Positions 37,523 through 46,353 of a stretch of 60,627 nt of DNA are shown in pieces; the first letter of the stretch is position 1; the number at the start of each line of letters is the position of its first letter. Source of the DNA: Bacteroidales bacterium UBA1756 (GTDB lineage: Bacteria > Bacteroidota > Bacteroidia > Bacteroidales > WCHB1-69). The translations under genes and the position numbers were made by a program. Under the pieces are notes generated by a model. The model had not been told where the DNA came from, did not search any database, and was given only the letters and a program-made list of their open reading frames with translations. Where the stretch lies: contig DCHI01000054.1 of the NCBI GenBank assembly GCA_002314795.1, forward strand, positions 1 through 60,627. The letters run 5' to 3'.

Positions 37523-39337
37523 ATGAGAAGAAATTTTAAAGTTATTTTGTTTGCGGGCTTTGTCGGTCTGCTTTTATGGGGCTGTGGTCTTGGGAAAATG
37601 GTTCCCCGCTATCCCGAAGTAAGCATCAAATTGGATAACGAAAACCTTGAAAATAAAGGCGGTCAGGTCGCTTATCAAGTCAAAGGTACCATTCCTCCGA
37701 AGTATATGAAGAAGAAAGCCACGATGACCGTGACTCCTACCATTGATTATAATGGACAGAAGATTGCCTTGACGCCCATTGAACTTCAAGGGCAGAAAGC
37801 CAAAGCCAAAGGAACCGTCATCAATTACAAAAATGGTGGCAACTTCTCTGGAAGCGGCTCCTTCGAATTCAAAGAAGGTTACGAACAAGCGAACCTCGTC
37901 GCTGCAACGGTTGCCAATAAAAAGAAAGCTACCCACACCTTTGACGACGTCGTTCTTTGCGAAGGCATCTGCAACTCCGCCGCTTTGATGGACATCAACC
38001 CGACGTTGGCTGAAAAAGCAGGAAACGGTACTTGCCTCCTTTATGGCGAACACGGCTACAAAGCTGAACTCATCACCAACACCGCCGTTCTTTATTTCGC
38101 ACTCAACAAATCAGACCTCAATATGAACCTCCAGCTCAACAAGAGCGATGCTGCTAAGAAGGCCGTTGCTGATTTCGCAGCATTTATGAGAGAAGGTCGC
38201 AAAATCAACAAAATCGTCATCACGGGTTGGGCTTCTCCAGAAGGCGAAGAATCTTTGAACCAAGGTCTTTCCGAAAAACGTGCCGAACAAGGCAAGAAAT
38301 GGTTTGAAAAAGAATTTGACAAATACCTCCGCGAATACGCCAAGGAAAACAAAATCAAATACAAAGATTTGCAAAAACCGGAAATCGTTTTCGACGTTAC
38401 TTCCCCCGGTGAAGACTGGACCGGCTTCGAAAGAGACCTCCAAGCTTCTAACATCGCTGAAAAGAACCAAATTCTCAATGTCGTTCGTTCACAACCTAAC
38501 GGCGCTTTGAAGGAAGAAAAGATTCGTAATATGACCGATATCTATCCGACCATCGCTGACATCATCCTTCCTCCGCTCCGCCGCGTCGAAATTTCTATGG
38601 TTTGCCCCAAGAATCTCTTCACCGATGCTCAAATTGCCGAACTCATCAACACCAATCCCGATACGCTTTCTTTGAATGAAAAGTTGTATGCCGCTTATAT
38701 GGAAAAAGATTTGGCAAAGAAAGAGACCATTTACAAAGCAATTGCTGAAAAAGAAGAAAGCGACTGGCGTGCTTACAACAATGCCGCTATTCTTGAAATC
38801 AACAACTATGTAGAAAATGGTGACAAAGCCACTCTTAATGCCGCAATGAAGAATTTGGACAAGGCCGCCGCTATTTCTCCAAGCAACGGAATCATTTTGA
38901 ACAACCAAGCTATCGGTCTTTTCCTCCAGGGTGACACGGACGCTGCTATGCAAAAATTTGCTGAAGCACAAAAAGCAACTACCAACCCGATTTCTCAGGA
39001 TTACAACCTTGCAATGAACCAAATCAAAGCCGGTAACTACGAAGCTGCTGCCAAGGCAATGAACAACAAGACTTGTGATTACAATATGGCTCTCGTTCAG
39101 TTGTTGCAAAAGAACTACACTGCCGCTCAAAGTACGTTGGATTGTGTTGCACAAAAAGATGCCAAGACTTACTACCTCGCTGCTGTTTTGGCTGCAAGAA
39201 CCAAAAACGAAGCCAACGTCTATTCCAACCTTGAACAAGCTGTGAAATTGGATGCTTCTTACAAGGCAAAAGCAAAGAAAGACGCTGAGTTCAAGAAATA
39301 TAAGAAACAGTCTAAATTCCAAGAAATTGTAAAATAA
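37523..39337 (+). CDS. Lipoprotein with OmpA-like peptidoglycan-association motif and C-terminal TPR-like repeats
   Basis: Lipobox LLLWGC. The motif GWASPEGEESLNQGLSEKRAEQGKKW resembles the OmpA_C signature. The C-terminal half has repeated A..YN.A......G....A......A helix pairs. Confidence 0.5.
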   Translation: MRRNFKVILFAGFVGLLLWGCGLGKMVPRYPEVSIKLDNENLENKGGQVAYQVKGTIPPKYMKKKATMTVTPTIDYNGQKIALTPIELQGQKAKAKGTVINYKNGGNFSGSGSFEFKEGYEQANLVAATVANKKKATHTFDDVVLCEGICNSAALMDINPTLAEKAGNGTCLLYGEHGYKAELITNTAVLYFALNKSDLNMNLQLNKSDAAKKAVADFAAFMREGRKINKIVITGWASPEGEESLNQGLSEKRAEQGKKWFEKEFDKYLREYAKENKIKYKDLQKPEIVFDVTSPGEDWTGFERDLQASNIAEKNQILNVVRSQPNGALKEEKIRNMTDIYPTIADIILPPLRRVEISMVCPKNLFTDAQIAELINTNPDTLSLNEKLYAAYMEKDLAKKETIYKAIAEKEESDWRAYNNAAILEINNYVENGDKATLNAAMKNLDKAAAISPSNGIILNNQAIGLFLQGDTDAAMQKFAEAQKATTNPISQDYNLAMNQIKAGNYEAAAKAMNNKTCDYNMALVQLLQKNYTAAQSTLDCVAQKDAKTYYLAAVLAARTKNEANVYSNLEQAVKLDASYKAKAKKDAEFKKYKKQSKFQEIVK

Positions 39338-39360
39338 TTTCAGATTTTCTTATACAAAAA

Positions 39361-39390
39361 AAGGCATTTTCAAAAGAAATGCCTTTTTTT
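39361..39390 (+). terminator. Intrinsic terminator after 37523-39337 gene
   Basis: Stem aaggcattt / aaatgcctt followed by a T-run. Confidence 0.7.
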
Positions 39391-39420
39391 GTTCCATATC
39401 ACCAATCCGATTATTAGTTG

Positions 39421-39428
39421 TACTTTTG
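39421..39428 (+). promoter_or_regulatory. -7 box TACTTTTG upstream of 39447 gene
   Basis: The sequence is tgTACTTTTGcagcc, 19 nt before the ATG at 39447. The ORF-track TTG start at 39426 lies inside this box. Confidence 0.5.
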
Positions 39429-39446
39429 CAGCCGTTTTTATTGAAT

Positions 39447-40229
39447 ATGAAAAAGATACTTTTTGCTTTTACGTTTGTTTCATTTGCGATTTTTTCCGCA
39501 TATTCTGCACCAACCTACCACGTTGTCAGTGACCCTCTTTTAACCAATCAGCCTTCCGATCCGGGAAAACCGCCGCGTCAAAATTCAGCAGACAATGCTG
39601 GAAAAAGAGTCTCCATCGGTATCTCCTTCGGACTCGGTCCCGATTGGTTGTACTCTAAAACAGACTCGATAGAAAACAATGGAACCGTGCTCAATCTCAA
39701 ATACGGAGTTCCTATCGATATCAATTTCACCACGAAAAACAACTACTATTTTACGACTGGTCTTTTCTTCAACCATTCGGGATGCCAACTGAATTTTGTG
39801 AATACGTTGGATGATGGATTGCTGGTGCCGACGAAGCGCAAATATAGTGCCATCTACCTGGCTATCCCTACCGGTATTAAACTGAAAACGCCCAGTATGT
39901 CGAATTTCGTGATTGCTGCACAATTCGGACTTTCACACGCTATCCGCTTATCGGCAAAACGAATCGACAAATGTGAGGTGAACGACGAAAAATACACATC
40001 CAGAAAAACGGCCTGTACAGAGGAAACGGCGCTTTTCCGCGAGTCCGGTTTCATCGGCGCAGGGCTGGAATACATCATCAAAGATGATTTCCGCTGCTTC
40101 TTTTATGCCACTTATTCGCACGCTTTTACCAATTTCTTTAATCCGGATAAAAGTCATCTGGTTAGCAAAGAAATCAAGGACAAAGGGAATATTGGTAGTG
40201 TGGAATTTACTTTAGGTGTCTGTTTCTAA
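39447..40229 (+). CDS. Outer-membrane beta-barrel protein (PorT/OmpW-like porin family)
   Basis: Signal peptide MKKILFAFTFVSFAIFSAYS. It has beta-strand alternation and a terminal F (EFTLGVCF). Confidence 0.55.
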   Translation: MKKILFAFTFVSFAIFSAYSAPTYHVVSDPLLTNQPSDPGKPPRQNSADNAGKRVSIGISFGLGPDWLYSKTDSIENNGTVLNLKYGVPIDINFTTKNNYYFTTGLFFNHSGCQLNFVNTLDDGLLVPTKRKYSAIYLAIPTGIKLKTPSMSNFVIAAQFGLSHAIRLSAKRIDKCEVNDEKYTSRKTACTEETALFRESGFIGAGLEYIIKDDFRCFFYATYSHAFTNFFNPDKSHLVSKEIKDKGNIGSVEFTLGVCF

Positions 40230-40239
40230 ATCTTAAAAG

Positions 40240-40851
40240 ATGAAAATAATCTGCATCGGACGGAATTATCTTCCTCATATTCAAGAATTAGGGCACGAAG
40301 TTCCGACCGAACCGACTTTTTTCTTAAAACCAGACTCCTCCGTCATTACACGAAACCGTCCCTTTTTCCTTCCTGATTTTTCCAATCAGATGGAACACGA
40401 AGTGGAACTTTTGGTCCGTATCAATAAAGTGGGAAAATGCATTCAGGAACGTTTTGCCCACACCTATTATGATGAAATCGGCCTCGGAATTGACTTTACC
40501 GCTCGTGACTTGCAGAAAACTTGCATTGAAAAGGGAAATCCGTGGGAAATTGCCAAGGCGTTCGACGGTTCGGCAATCGTTAGTCAATTCATTGATAAAA
40601 AAGAATTTGCGGATTTAAACAACCTCAATTTTCACTTGGATGTCAACGGCAAAACGGTTCAGTCCGGAAATAGTGGCGAGATGATTTTCTCCATTGACCG
40701 AATCATTTCGTACGTGTCACAGTTTTTTACGTTGAAAACCGGCGATATCCTTTTCACGGGCACCCCGAAAGGTGTCGGCAAAGTTGCTATCAACGACCGA
40801 TTGGAAGGCTACTTGGAAGGACGTAAAATACTGAATTTCAGAATAAAATAA
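40240..40851 (+). CDS. Fumarylacetoacetate hydrolase (FAH) family protein
   Basis: 203 aa beginning MKIICIGRNY..H. The sequence includes P.FFLKP, E.EL and GD....GTP.GVG. Confidence 0.85.
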   Translation: MKIICIGRNYLPHIQELGHEVPTEPTFFLKPDSSVITRNRPFFLPDFSNQMEHEVELLVRINKVGKCIQERFAHTYYDEIGLGIDFTARDLQKTCIEKGNPWEIAKAFDGSAIVSQFIDKKEFADLNNLNFHLDVNGKTVQSGNSGEMIFSIDRIISYVSQFFTLKTGDILFTGTPKGVGKVAINDRLEGYLEGRKILNFRIK

Positions 40852-40969
40852 GATTCTTAAAAAAACTTTTTTCAAATTTTTGTTCCGTAATGAAACATAA
40901 CATTTCACTACGGTTGCTTTTGTATGAGGTTTCGGATGGGAATCGCTCTCTAAAAAATTAGGAAAAGTG

Positions 40970-40977
40970 TATTTTTG
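40970..40977 (+). promoter_or_regulatory. -7 box TATTTTTG upstream of the AAA/DUF4143 gene
   Basis: The sequence is gtgTATTTTTGccgc, 35 nt before the ATG at 41012. Confidence 0.5.
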
Positions 40978-41011
40978 CCGCTCGAAATTATTAGGAAAAG
41001 TGTAATAAAAG

Positions 41012-42372
41012 ATGCTTTATAGAAAGATTACCAGCAAAATAGAAAGTTACCTGAAGTCAAATAGCAATAAGATGTTGGTGGTAGATGGCGCAAGGCAAAT
41101 CGGGAAGTCTTTTATCATTCGCCATATTGGTTCGCAAATGTTTGCCAATTACATTGAAATCAATATGGAATTGGACAAACAGAAGGACCGCCTGTTTGCA
41201 AATGTACATTCGGTGGAAGATTTTATGTTAGTATTGAGCTCCATTGCTGGAAGCAAGATGAAATCAAAAGAGGACACACTCGTGTTTATCGATGAAATTC
41301 AAGTGTATGACCAATTGCTGACGTTGGCAAAATTTCTTATGCAAGACGGGAGGTTTACCTACATCGCGAGTGGTCTCAGCTGGGAATCGCCCTTCGGACG
41401 ACGCAAAGTATTCCGCTTGGAAGTATCCAAATTGAACGTATGTATCCTCTTGATTTTGAAGAATTTATTATTGCAAATAATGTCGGGAGCTTGGCCATTG
41501 AGGCAATGCGGAATTGTTTTGCCCAACGGTTGCCACTTGAGGATGCTATACATAACCGAATGATGGATCTTTTCCGAAAATATCTTCTCGTAGGTGGAAT
41601 GCCCGACGCTGTCAATACATTTATAGCAGAACACAATCTTGTTTCTGTTAGAAAAGTCCATAGCGATATTCGAAACTTGTATAAGCAAGATGCCGCAAAA
41701 TACGAAAAGAACTTTGATCGGAAACTGCTCATCCAACGTATTTACGACCTTATTCCTTCTAATCTTGAGAATAAGAAAAAACGCGTCGTCGCTAAAAATA
41801 TTGAGGATAAAAAAGGACAACGAATGTCTAATTATAGTGCTGAATTTGAATATCTTATCAGTTCTGGAATCGCACTTGACGTGTTGGCGGTCAGTAATCC
41901 CGTTTATCCTTTGTCCGAAAGTAGTACGAAAAATTTACTGAAGTTGTACATCAATGACATCGGTCTGTTAACAAGCATTCTTTATCGTAATAATATAGCC
42001 CCCATTATGCAGAATGAGTGCAGCGTAAATTTGGGTTCCGTTTACGAAAATGTTGTCGCACAAGAGTTGAAAGCGCACGGATTTGCTCTTCATTACTACG
42101 ACAATAAGAAGCACGGTGAGGTAGATTATCTTGTGGATGATGCCGACGCGACTTCTATTCTTCCTATTGAAGTAAAGTCAGGAAAGGATTATTGGGTTCA
42201 TAGTGCGTTAGATGGTTTCATCAATAATCCAGAATATAAAATTCCTCAAGGAATCGTATTTAGTAACGAACCTCGTGTTTTTCAAAAGAACGGAATCGTT
42301 TATTTCCCGATTTATTACGTAATGTTCTTGCTTCCAAGCAAAAATGATAGAGCCGACTTCATTGAGATATAG
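41012..42372 (+). pseudogene. AAA+ ATPase (AAA_14 + DUF4143 family) interrupted by a 1-nt frameshift near 41373-41380
   Basis: ORF 41012-41563 (Walker A DGARQIGKS, Walker B LVFIDEIQ) and ORF 41440-42372 are in different frames. Reading the second frame back to 41380 gives LGIALRTTQSIPLGSIQIERMYPLDFEEF, which continues the family pattern directly after ...FTYIASG. Confidence 0.7.
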
Positions 42373-42400
42373 ACGGGATGAAAGAAATCGAAAAAAAACG

Positions 42401-42408
42401 TACCTTTG
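42401..42408 (+). promoter_or_regulatory. -7 box TACCTTTG upstream of the nucleoside permease gene (109-nt leader)
   Basis: The sequence is cgTACCTTTGccagc. The leader contains the CTTTAYAAA repeat array. Confidence 0.4.
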
Positions 42409-42516
42409 CCAGCTATTTTCAACTCGGACAATAAAAATACTAATTTCTTGTAACTTACTAAAAATCATAACTTTACAAACCTTATAACATTACAAACTTT
42501 ATAAACCATAATAGAA

Positions 42517-43797
42517 ATGAAATTAAAAATCAGATTGATTGTGATGAACTTCCTGCAGTATGCCGTGTGGGGAGCTTACTTGACTTGTATGGGCAAGTAC
42601 TTGGGTAAATGTGGATTGGGTACGAACATCGGTATGTTTTATGCTATGCAGGGAATCGTTTCTCTGTTTATGCCCGCCTTGATGGGAATCGTTGCTGACC
42701 GTTGGATTCCCGCACAAAAGACCTTGGGACTTTGCCATATTTTGGCCGGTGGCGCTATGGTTGCCGCCTGCTTCTACGGCCTTGCGACACCCACTCCGAG
42801 TTATGCTATTCTTTTCAGCATTTATTCCGTGAGCGTTGCTTTCTATATGCCGACGATTGCTTTGTCTAATTCCGTGGCTTACAGTGCATTGGAAAAAGGT
42901 GGATTGGATACCGTCAAGGATTTCCCTCCCATCCGTGTCTTTGGAACCATCGGGTTCATCTGCGCTATGTGGGCCGTCGATTTGGTACATATTTCAGATA
43001 CTCCATACCAGTTTCTGTTGAGCGGCGTTTTGGGCTTGATTCTCGGTGTTTATTGCTTCACCTTGCCGAAATGCGATATCAACAAGTCTCAGGAAAAGAA
43101 ATCATTTGTTGAAGCCCTTGGTTTACAGGCATTTTCATTATTCAAACAGAAGAAGATGGCTATCTTTTTCATCTTCTCGATGATGTTGGGCGCGGCGCTG
43201 CAAATCACCAATGGTTTTGCAACTCCGTTCATCTCCTCCTTTGCTGCTGACCCGGAATTAGCTGATACTTTTGGTGTAAAATATTCCGTCATCATCTATT
43301 CCATTTCGCAAATTGCTGAAACGCTTTGCATCTTGTTGATTCCTTTCTTCTTGAAAAGATTTGGTATCAAGAAGGTTATGCTGATGGCGATGATTGCGTG
43401 GTTCTTCCGTTTCGGCCTCTTCGGAATCGGCAATACCGGCTCTATGGTTTGGGCCATCATCCTTTCTATGATTGTTTATGGATTCGCATTCGACTTCTAT
43501 AACATTTCCGGTTCCTTGTTCGTCAATCAGGAGACTGACCCGAGCATTCGTTCTTCCGCACAAGGTCTTTTTATGTTGATGACCAATGGGTTAGGCGCAA
43601 CGATTGGTACGTTGGCTGCTCAGGCAGTTGTCAATCATTTCTGTGCGTGGAACGAAAACGGACTTTTGGTAGGCATTGAAGGTACGGGTGGCTGGCCAAC
43701 GGTTTGGTACATTTTTGCTGGCTACGCGCTCGTCGTCGCTATCCTGTTCGCCATCTGTTTCAAATACAAACACGACCCGAACAAGATTTATAAATAA
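42517..43797 (+). CDS. Nucleoside:H+ symporter family MFS permease (NupG/XapB-like)
   Basis: 426 aa with 12 predicted TM segments. The N-terminus LKIRLIVMNFLQYAVWGAYLT is typical of Nuc_H_symport proteins. Confidence 0.8.
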   Translation: MKLKIRLIVMNFLQYAVWGAYLTCMGKYLGKCGLGTNIGMFYAMQGIVSLFMPALMGIVADRWIPAQKTLGLCHILAGGAMVAACFYGLATPTPSYAILFSIYSVSVAFYMPTIALSNSVAYSALEKGGLDTVKDFPPIRVFGTIGFICAMWAVDLVHISDTPYQFLLSGVLGLILGVYCFTLPKCDINKSQEKKSFVEALGLQAFSLFKQKKMAIFFIFSMMLGAALQITNGFATPFISSFAADPELADTFGVKYSVIIYSISQIAETLCILLIPFFLKRFGIKKVMLMAMIAWFFRFGLFGIGNTGSMVWAIILSMIVYGFAFDFYNISGSLFVNQETDPSIRSSAQGLFMLMTNGLGATIGTLAAQAVVNHFCAWNENGLLVGIEGTGGWPTVWYIFAGYALVVAILFAICFKYKHDPNKIYK

Positions 43798-43824
43798 AGA
43801 TGGGAAATCGGCAATATTTATTCT

Positions 43825-44499
43825 ATGGCAATAAATCCCGTCATTGAAGAAAGTTGGAAACGCGAGCTGGCTGACCAGTTCGCGTCTCCTTATTTTGAGC
43901 AGTTGAAAACTTTTTTGATTGCTGAAAAGCAGCAGTTTCCAGTTTATCCTCCTGGAAATCTGATTTTCAATGCTTTCAATCTCACGCCTTTCGATGAAGT
44001 GAAGGTGGTGATTATCGGCCAGGATCCGTATCACGAGCCGGGGCAAGCGCACGGACTCTGTTTTTCGGTTCAGCCGGGAACGAAATTTCCGCCCTCGTTG
44101 ATGAACATTTTTCAGGAACTGCAAAGCGACCTCGGCATCCCCACGCCGCAGAACGGCAATTTGGAAAACTGGGCCCGCCAGGGAGTGCTTCTGCTGAACG
44201 CCACGCTGACGGTTCGGGCTCATCAGGCGGGCTCGCACCAGCGCCGCGGCTGGGAAACATTTACGGACGCCGCGATTTCCTCCCTTTCCGCCAAACGAAG
44301 TGGCATCGTCTTTTTGCTGTGGGGCTCGTATGCACAACAAAAAATCCAGCTGATTGATGCAAGCAAGCATTTCATTCTGACGGCGCCACACCCGTCGCCG
44401 CTTTCAGCGTTCCGCGGCTTTTTCGGCTGCCGCCACTTCTCTCAAACCAACGAACTTTTGGCGCGCTCCGGCCAAACTCCAATCGACTGGCGTTTGTAA
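43825..44499 (+). CDS. ung: Uracil-DNA glycosylase (family 1)
   Basis: Motifs VVIIGQDPYH, GVLLLN and HPSPLS are present. Confidence 0.95.
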   Translation: MAINPVIEESWKRELADQFASPYFEQLKTFLIAEKQQFPVYPPGNLIFNAFNLTPFDEVKVVIIGQDPYHEPGQAHGLCFSVQPGTKFPPSLMNIFQELQSDLGIPTPQNGNLENWARQGVLLLNATLTVRAHQAGSHQRRGWETFTDAAISSLSAKRSGIVFLLWGSYAQQKIQLIDASKHFILTAPHPSPLSAFRGFFGCRHFSQTNELLARSGQTPIDWRL

Positions 44500-44525
44500 G
44501 TTCATTCCCTTTTAATAAAAAAATG

Positions 44526-44533
44526 TATCTTTG
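44526..44533 (+). promoter_or_regulatory. -7 box TATCTTTG upstream of the 44566 ATPase gene
   Basis: The sequence is atgTATCTTTGccg, 33 nt before the ATG. Confidence 0.5.
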
Positions 44534-44565
44534 CCGAAAAATTTCGTAACGAAAAATTTCGTAAT

Positions 44566-45633
44566 ATGAAAAACCCTTTTAAATTTGGCACAATCGTTGA
44601 AGACGAATTCTTTACAGATCGGGTGGAAGAAGTCGCCTACATAAAGCAATTTATTGAAAGCGAAAACCATTTGGTGCTAATCAGTCCCCGAAGATTCGGT
44701 AAAAGCAGCGTCGTTAAAAAAGCCCTCAGGGAATCGTTGCGGCAAAGTATTACGCTCAACCTTCAGAATGTGACATCGGAGGCCGATTTGGCTGCCAAGC
44801 TCCTTCGAGAGATTTATAAAATACATCCTTTTGAACGTGTCAGACAATTTGTGATGCGTTTTCGTGTCATTCCGACACTCACTACCAATCCAATTACCGG
44901 CGCAATTGATTTATCGTTTCAGCCTACCGAAAATCCTAACGTTCTCCTTGAAGATGTAATGGAACTGATGGATGGCATCTCTTCTCCTGACAATCGGCTC
45001 GTTGTCGTTTTGGATGAATTTCAAGAAATTATCAGTCTGTCATCCAATTTAGATAAACAATTACGAGCAATGATGCAGTCTCAGAAAAACATCAATTACA
45101 TCTTGTTGGGAAGTCAAGAAACGATGATGACCGATATTTTTGAGAAAAAGAAATCCCCTTTTTATCATTTTGGTCAACTAATGAGATTGAAGCCCATACC
45201 GCGCACTGATTTTAAAAATTATATATCCACTCGATTGCAGAATTGCATAAAGAACGAGGTGGACACGATTACAAATCAAATCCTGGATTTTACTCACTGC
45301 CATCCGTATTATACGCAACAGTTGGCTGCTCAAATTTGGCAGATTTGTATGCTTCAGCCCGCATCGGACGATATTTTCTTTACTGCCATTCAGCAGATTG
45401 TAGAAATTCACGACCTTGATTATGAAAGACTTTGGGTCAATTTCAACAAAACGGATAAAAGTATTCTGATTAAGTTGGCTAAGAATTTACCGATTCAAGG
45501 ATACGAACATAAAACGAGCACGACTTATAGTGCCTTGAAAAGACTACAAAAGGCGGGGTTCGTTATTTACACGACAAAATTTGAAATAGAAGATCCTTTT
45601 TTCTGTAATTGGATTTGTAAAGAAATAGATTGA
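44566..45633 (+). CDS. ATP-binding protein (archaeal-ATPase/AAA-like, PF01637-type)
   Basis: The N-terminus is NPFKFGTIVEDEFFTDR. Walker A is LISPRRFGKSS and Walker B is VVVLDEFQEI. The C-terminal half is helical. Confidence 0.7.
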   Translation: MKNPFKFGTIVEDEFFTDRVEEVAYIKQFIESENHLVLISPRRFGKSSVVKKALRESLRQSITLNLQNVTSEADLAAKLLREIYKIHPFERVRQFVMRFRVIPTLTTNPITGAIDLSFQPTENPNVLLEDVMELMDGISSPDNRLVVVLDEFQEIISLSSNLDKQLRAMMQSQKNINYILLGSQETMMTDIFEKKKSPFYHFGQLMRLKPIPRTDFKNYISTRLQNCIKNEVDTITNQILDFTHCHPYYTQQLAAQIWQICMLQPASDDIFFTAIQQIVEIHDLDYERLWVNFNKTDKSILIKLAKNLPIQGYEHKTSTTYSALKRLQKAGFVIYTTKFEIEDPFFCNWICKEID

Positions 45634-45650
45634 TTTTCAACTTTTTATAA

Positions 45651-46331
45651 ATGAAAAACATACTGGCATTTCTTGACGCGCTGATGCGAAACAATGACCG
45701 CGAATGGTTTCAGACGCATAAATCGGAGTATGTGGCCGCTCAAGCCCATTTCAACGATTTTGCCCAAAAGTTGATTGCGGAAGTGGGAAAATTTGACGAT
45801 TCCGTGAAAGATTTGACGGTCGCAGACTGCACGTACCGTATTTACAAGGATATGCGTTTTTCAAAGTACAAGATTCCGTACAAGACGCATATGGGTGCTT
45901 ATCTTTGTCCTCACGGAAAAAAATCCGGCTATGCAGGTTATTATTTCCATCTGGAACCGGTTGATTCAGAGGATTATTCGTTCGGAAATTTGTTGGCCGC
46001 CGGTTTGTACAACCCGACTCCTTCCTTGGCAATTGCCATCCGCAACCGCATTTTCAACGAGCCCAACGCATTCGAAAATGCACTCAAGGCGGCGGAACAT
46101 TACCATTGGGACGACAATGACCGTTTGAAAAAAGTGCCGAATGGCTTTCCGCAGGATGCCGTCCACGCGGAATTTCTAAAACTTAAAACTTTTACCATTG
46201 CTGCTCCGCTCCCCGATGAAATCGTTCTTGGACCTGAAAATAAACTCTTGGAATATGTCGTTTCTATCTTTCGCGAAGCCAAACCCTGCAACGATTTCAT
46301 CAATCAAGTGATTGAGTCCGGTTGCTGGTAG
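45651..46331 (+). CDS. DUF2461 (TIGR02453) family protein
   Basis: The N-terminus L..L..NN.REWF..HK.EY and the motif RIYKDMRFSK.K.PYKTH are typical of this family. Confidence 0.8.
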   Translation: MKNILAFLDALMRNNDREWFQTHKSEYVAAQAHFNDFAQKLIAEVGKFDDSVKDLTVADCTYRIYKDMRFSKYKIPYKTHMGAYLCPHGKKSGYAGYYFHLEPVDSEDYSFGNLLAAGLYNPTPSLAIAIRNRIFNEPNAFENALKAAEHYHWDDNDRLKKVPNGFPQDAVHAEFLKLKTFTIAAPLPDEIVLGPENKLLEYVVSIFREAKPCNDFINQVIESGCW

Positions 46332-46353
46332 AACTCTCCTTTTCTAAAAAAAT

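Noticed and set aside
37574-39322. Minus-strand ORFs (37574-38053, 38092-38478, 38489-39322) lie opposite the 604-aa lipoprotein gene.
   Set aside because: They are shadow frames of an A/K/E-rich gene. The plus-strand ORF is continuous and has a lipobox, a promoter box and a terminator.
43591-44391. A 266-aa minus-strand ORF overlaps ung.
   Set aside because: It is antisense to a gene with canonical GQDPYH/HPSPLS motifs, and its translation is Arg-rich nonsense.
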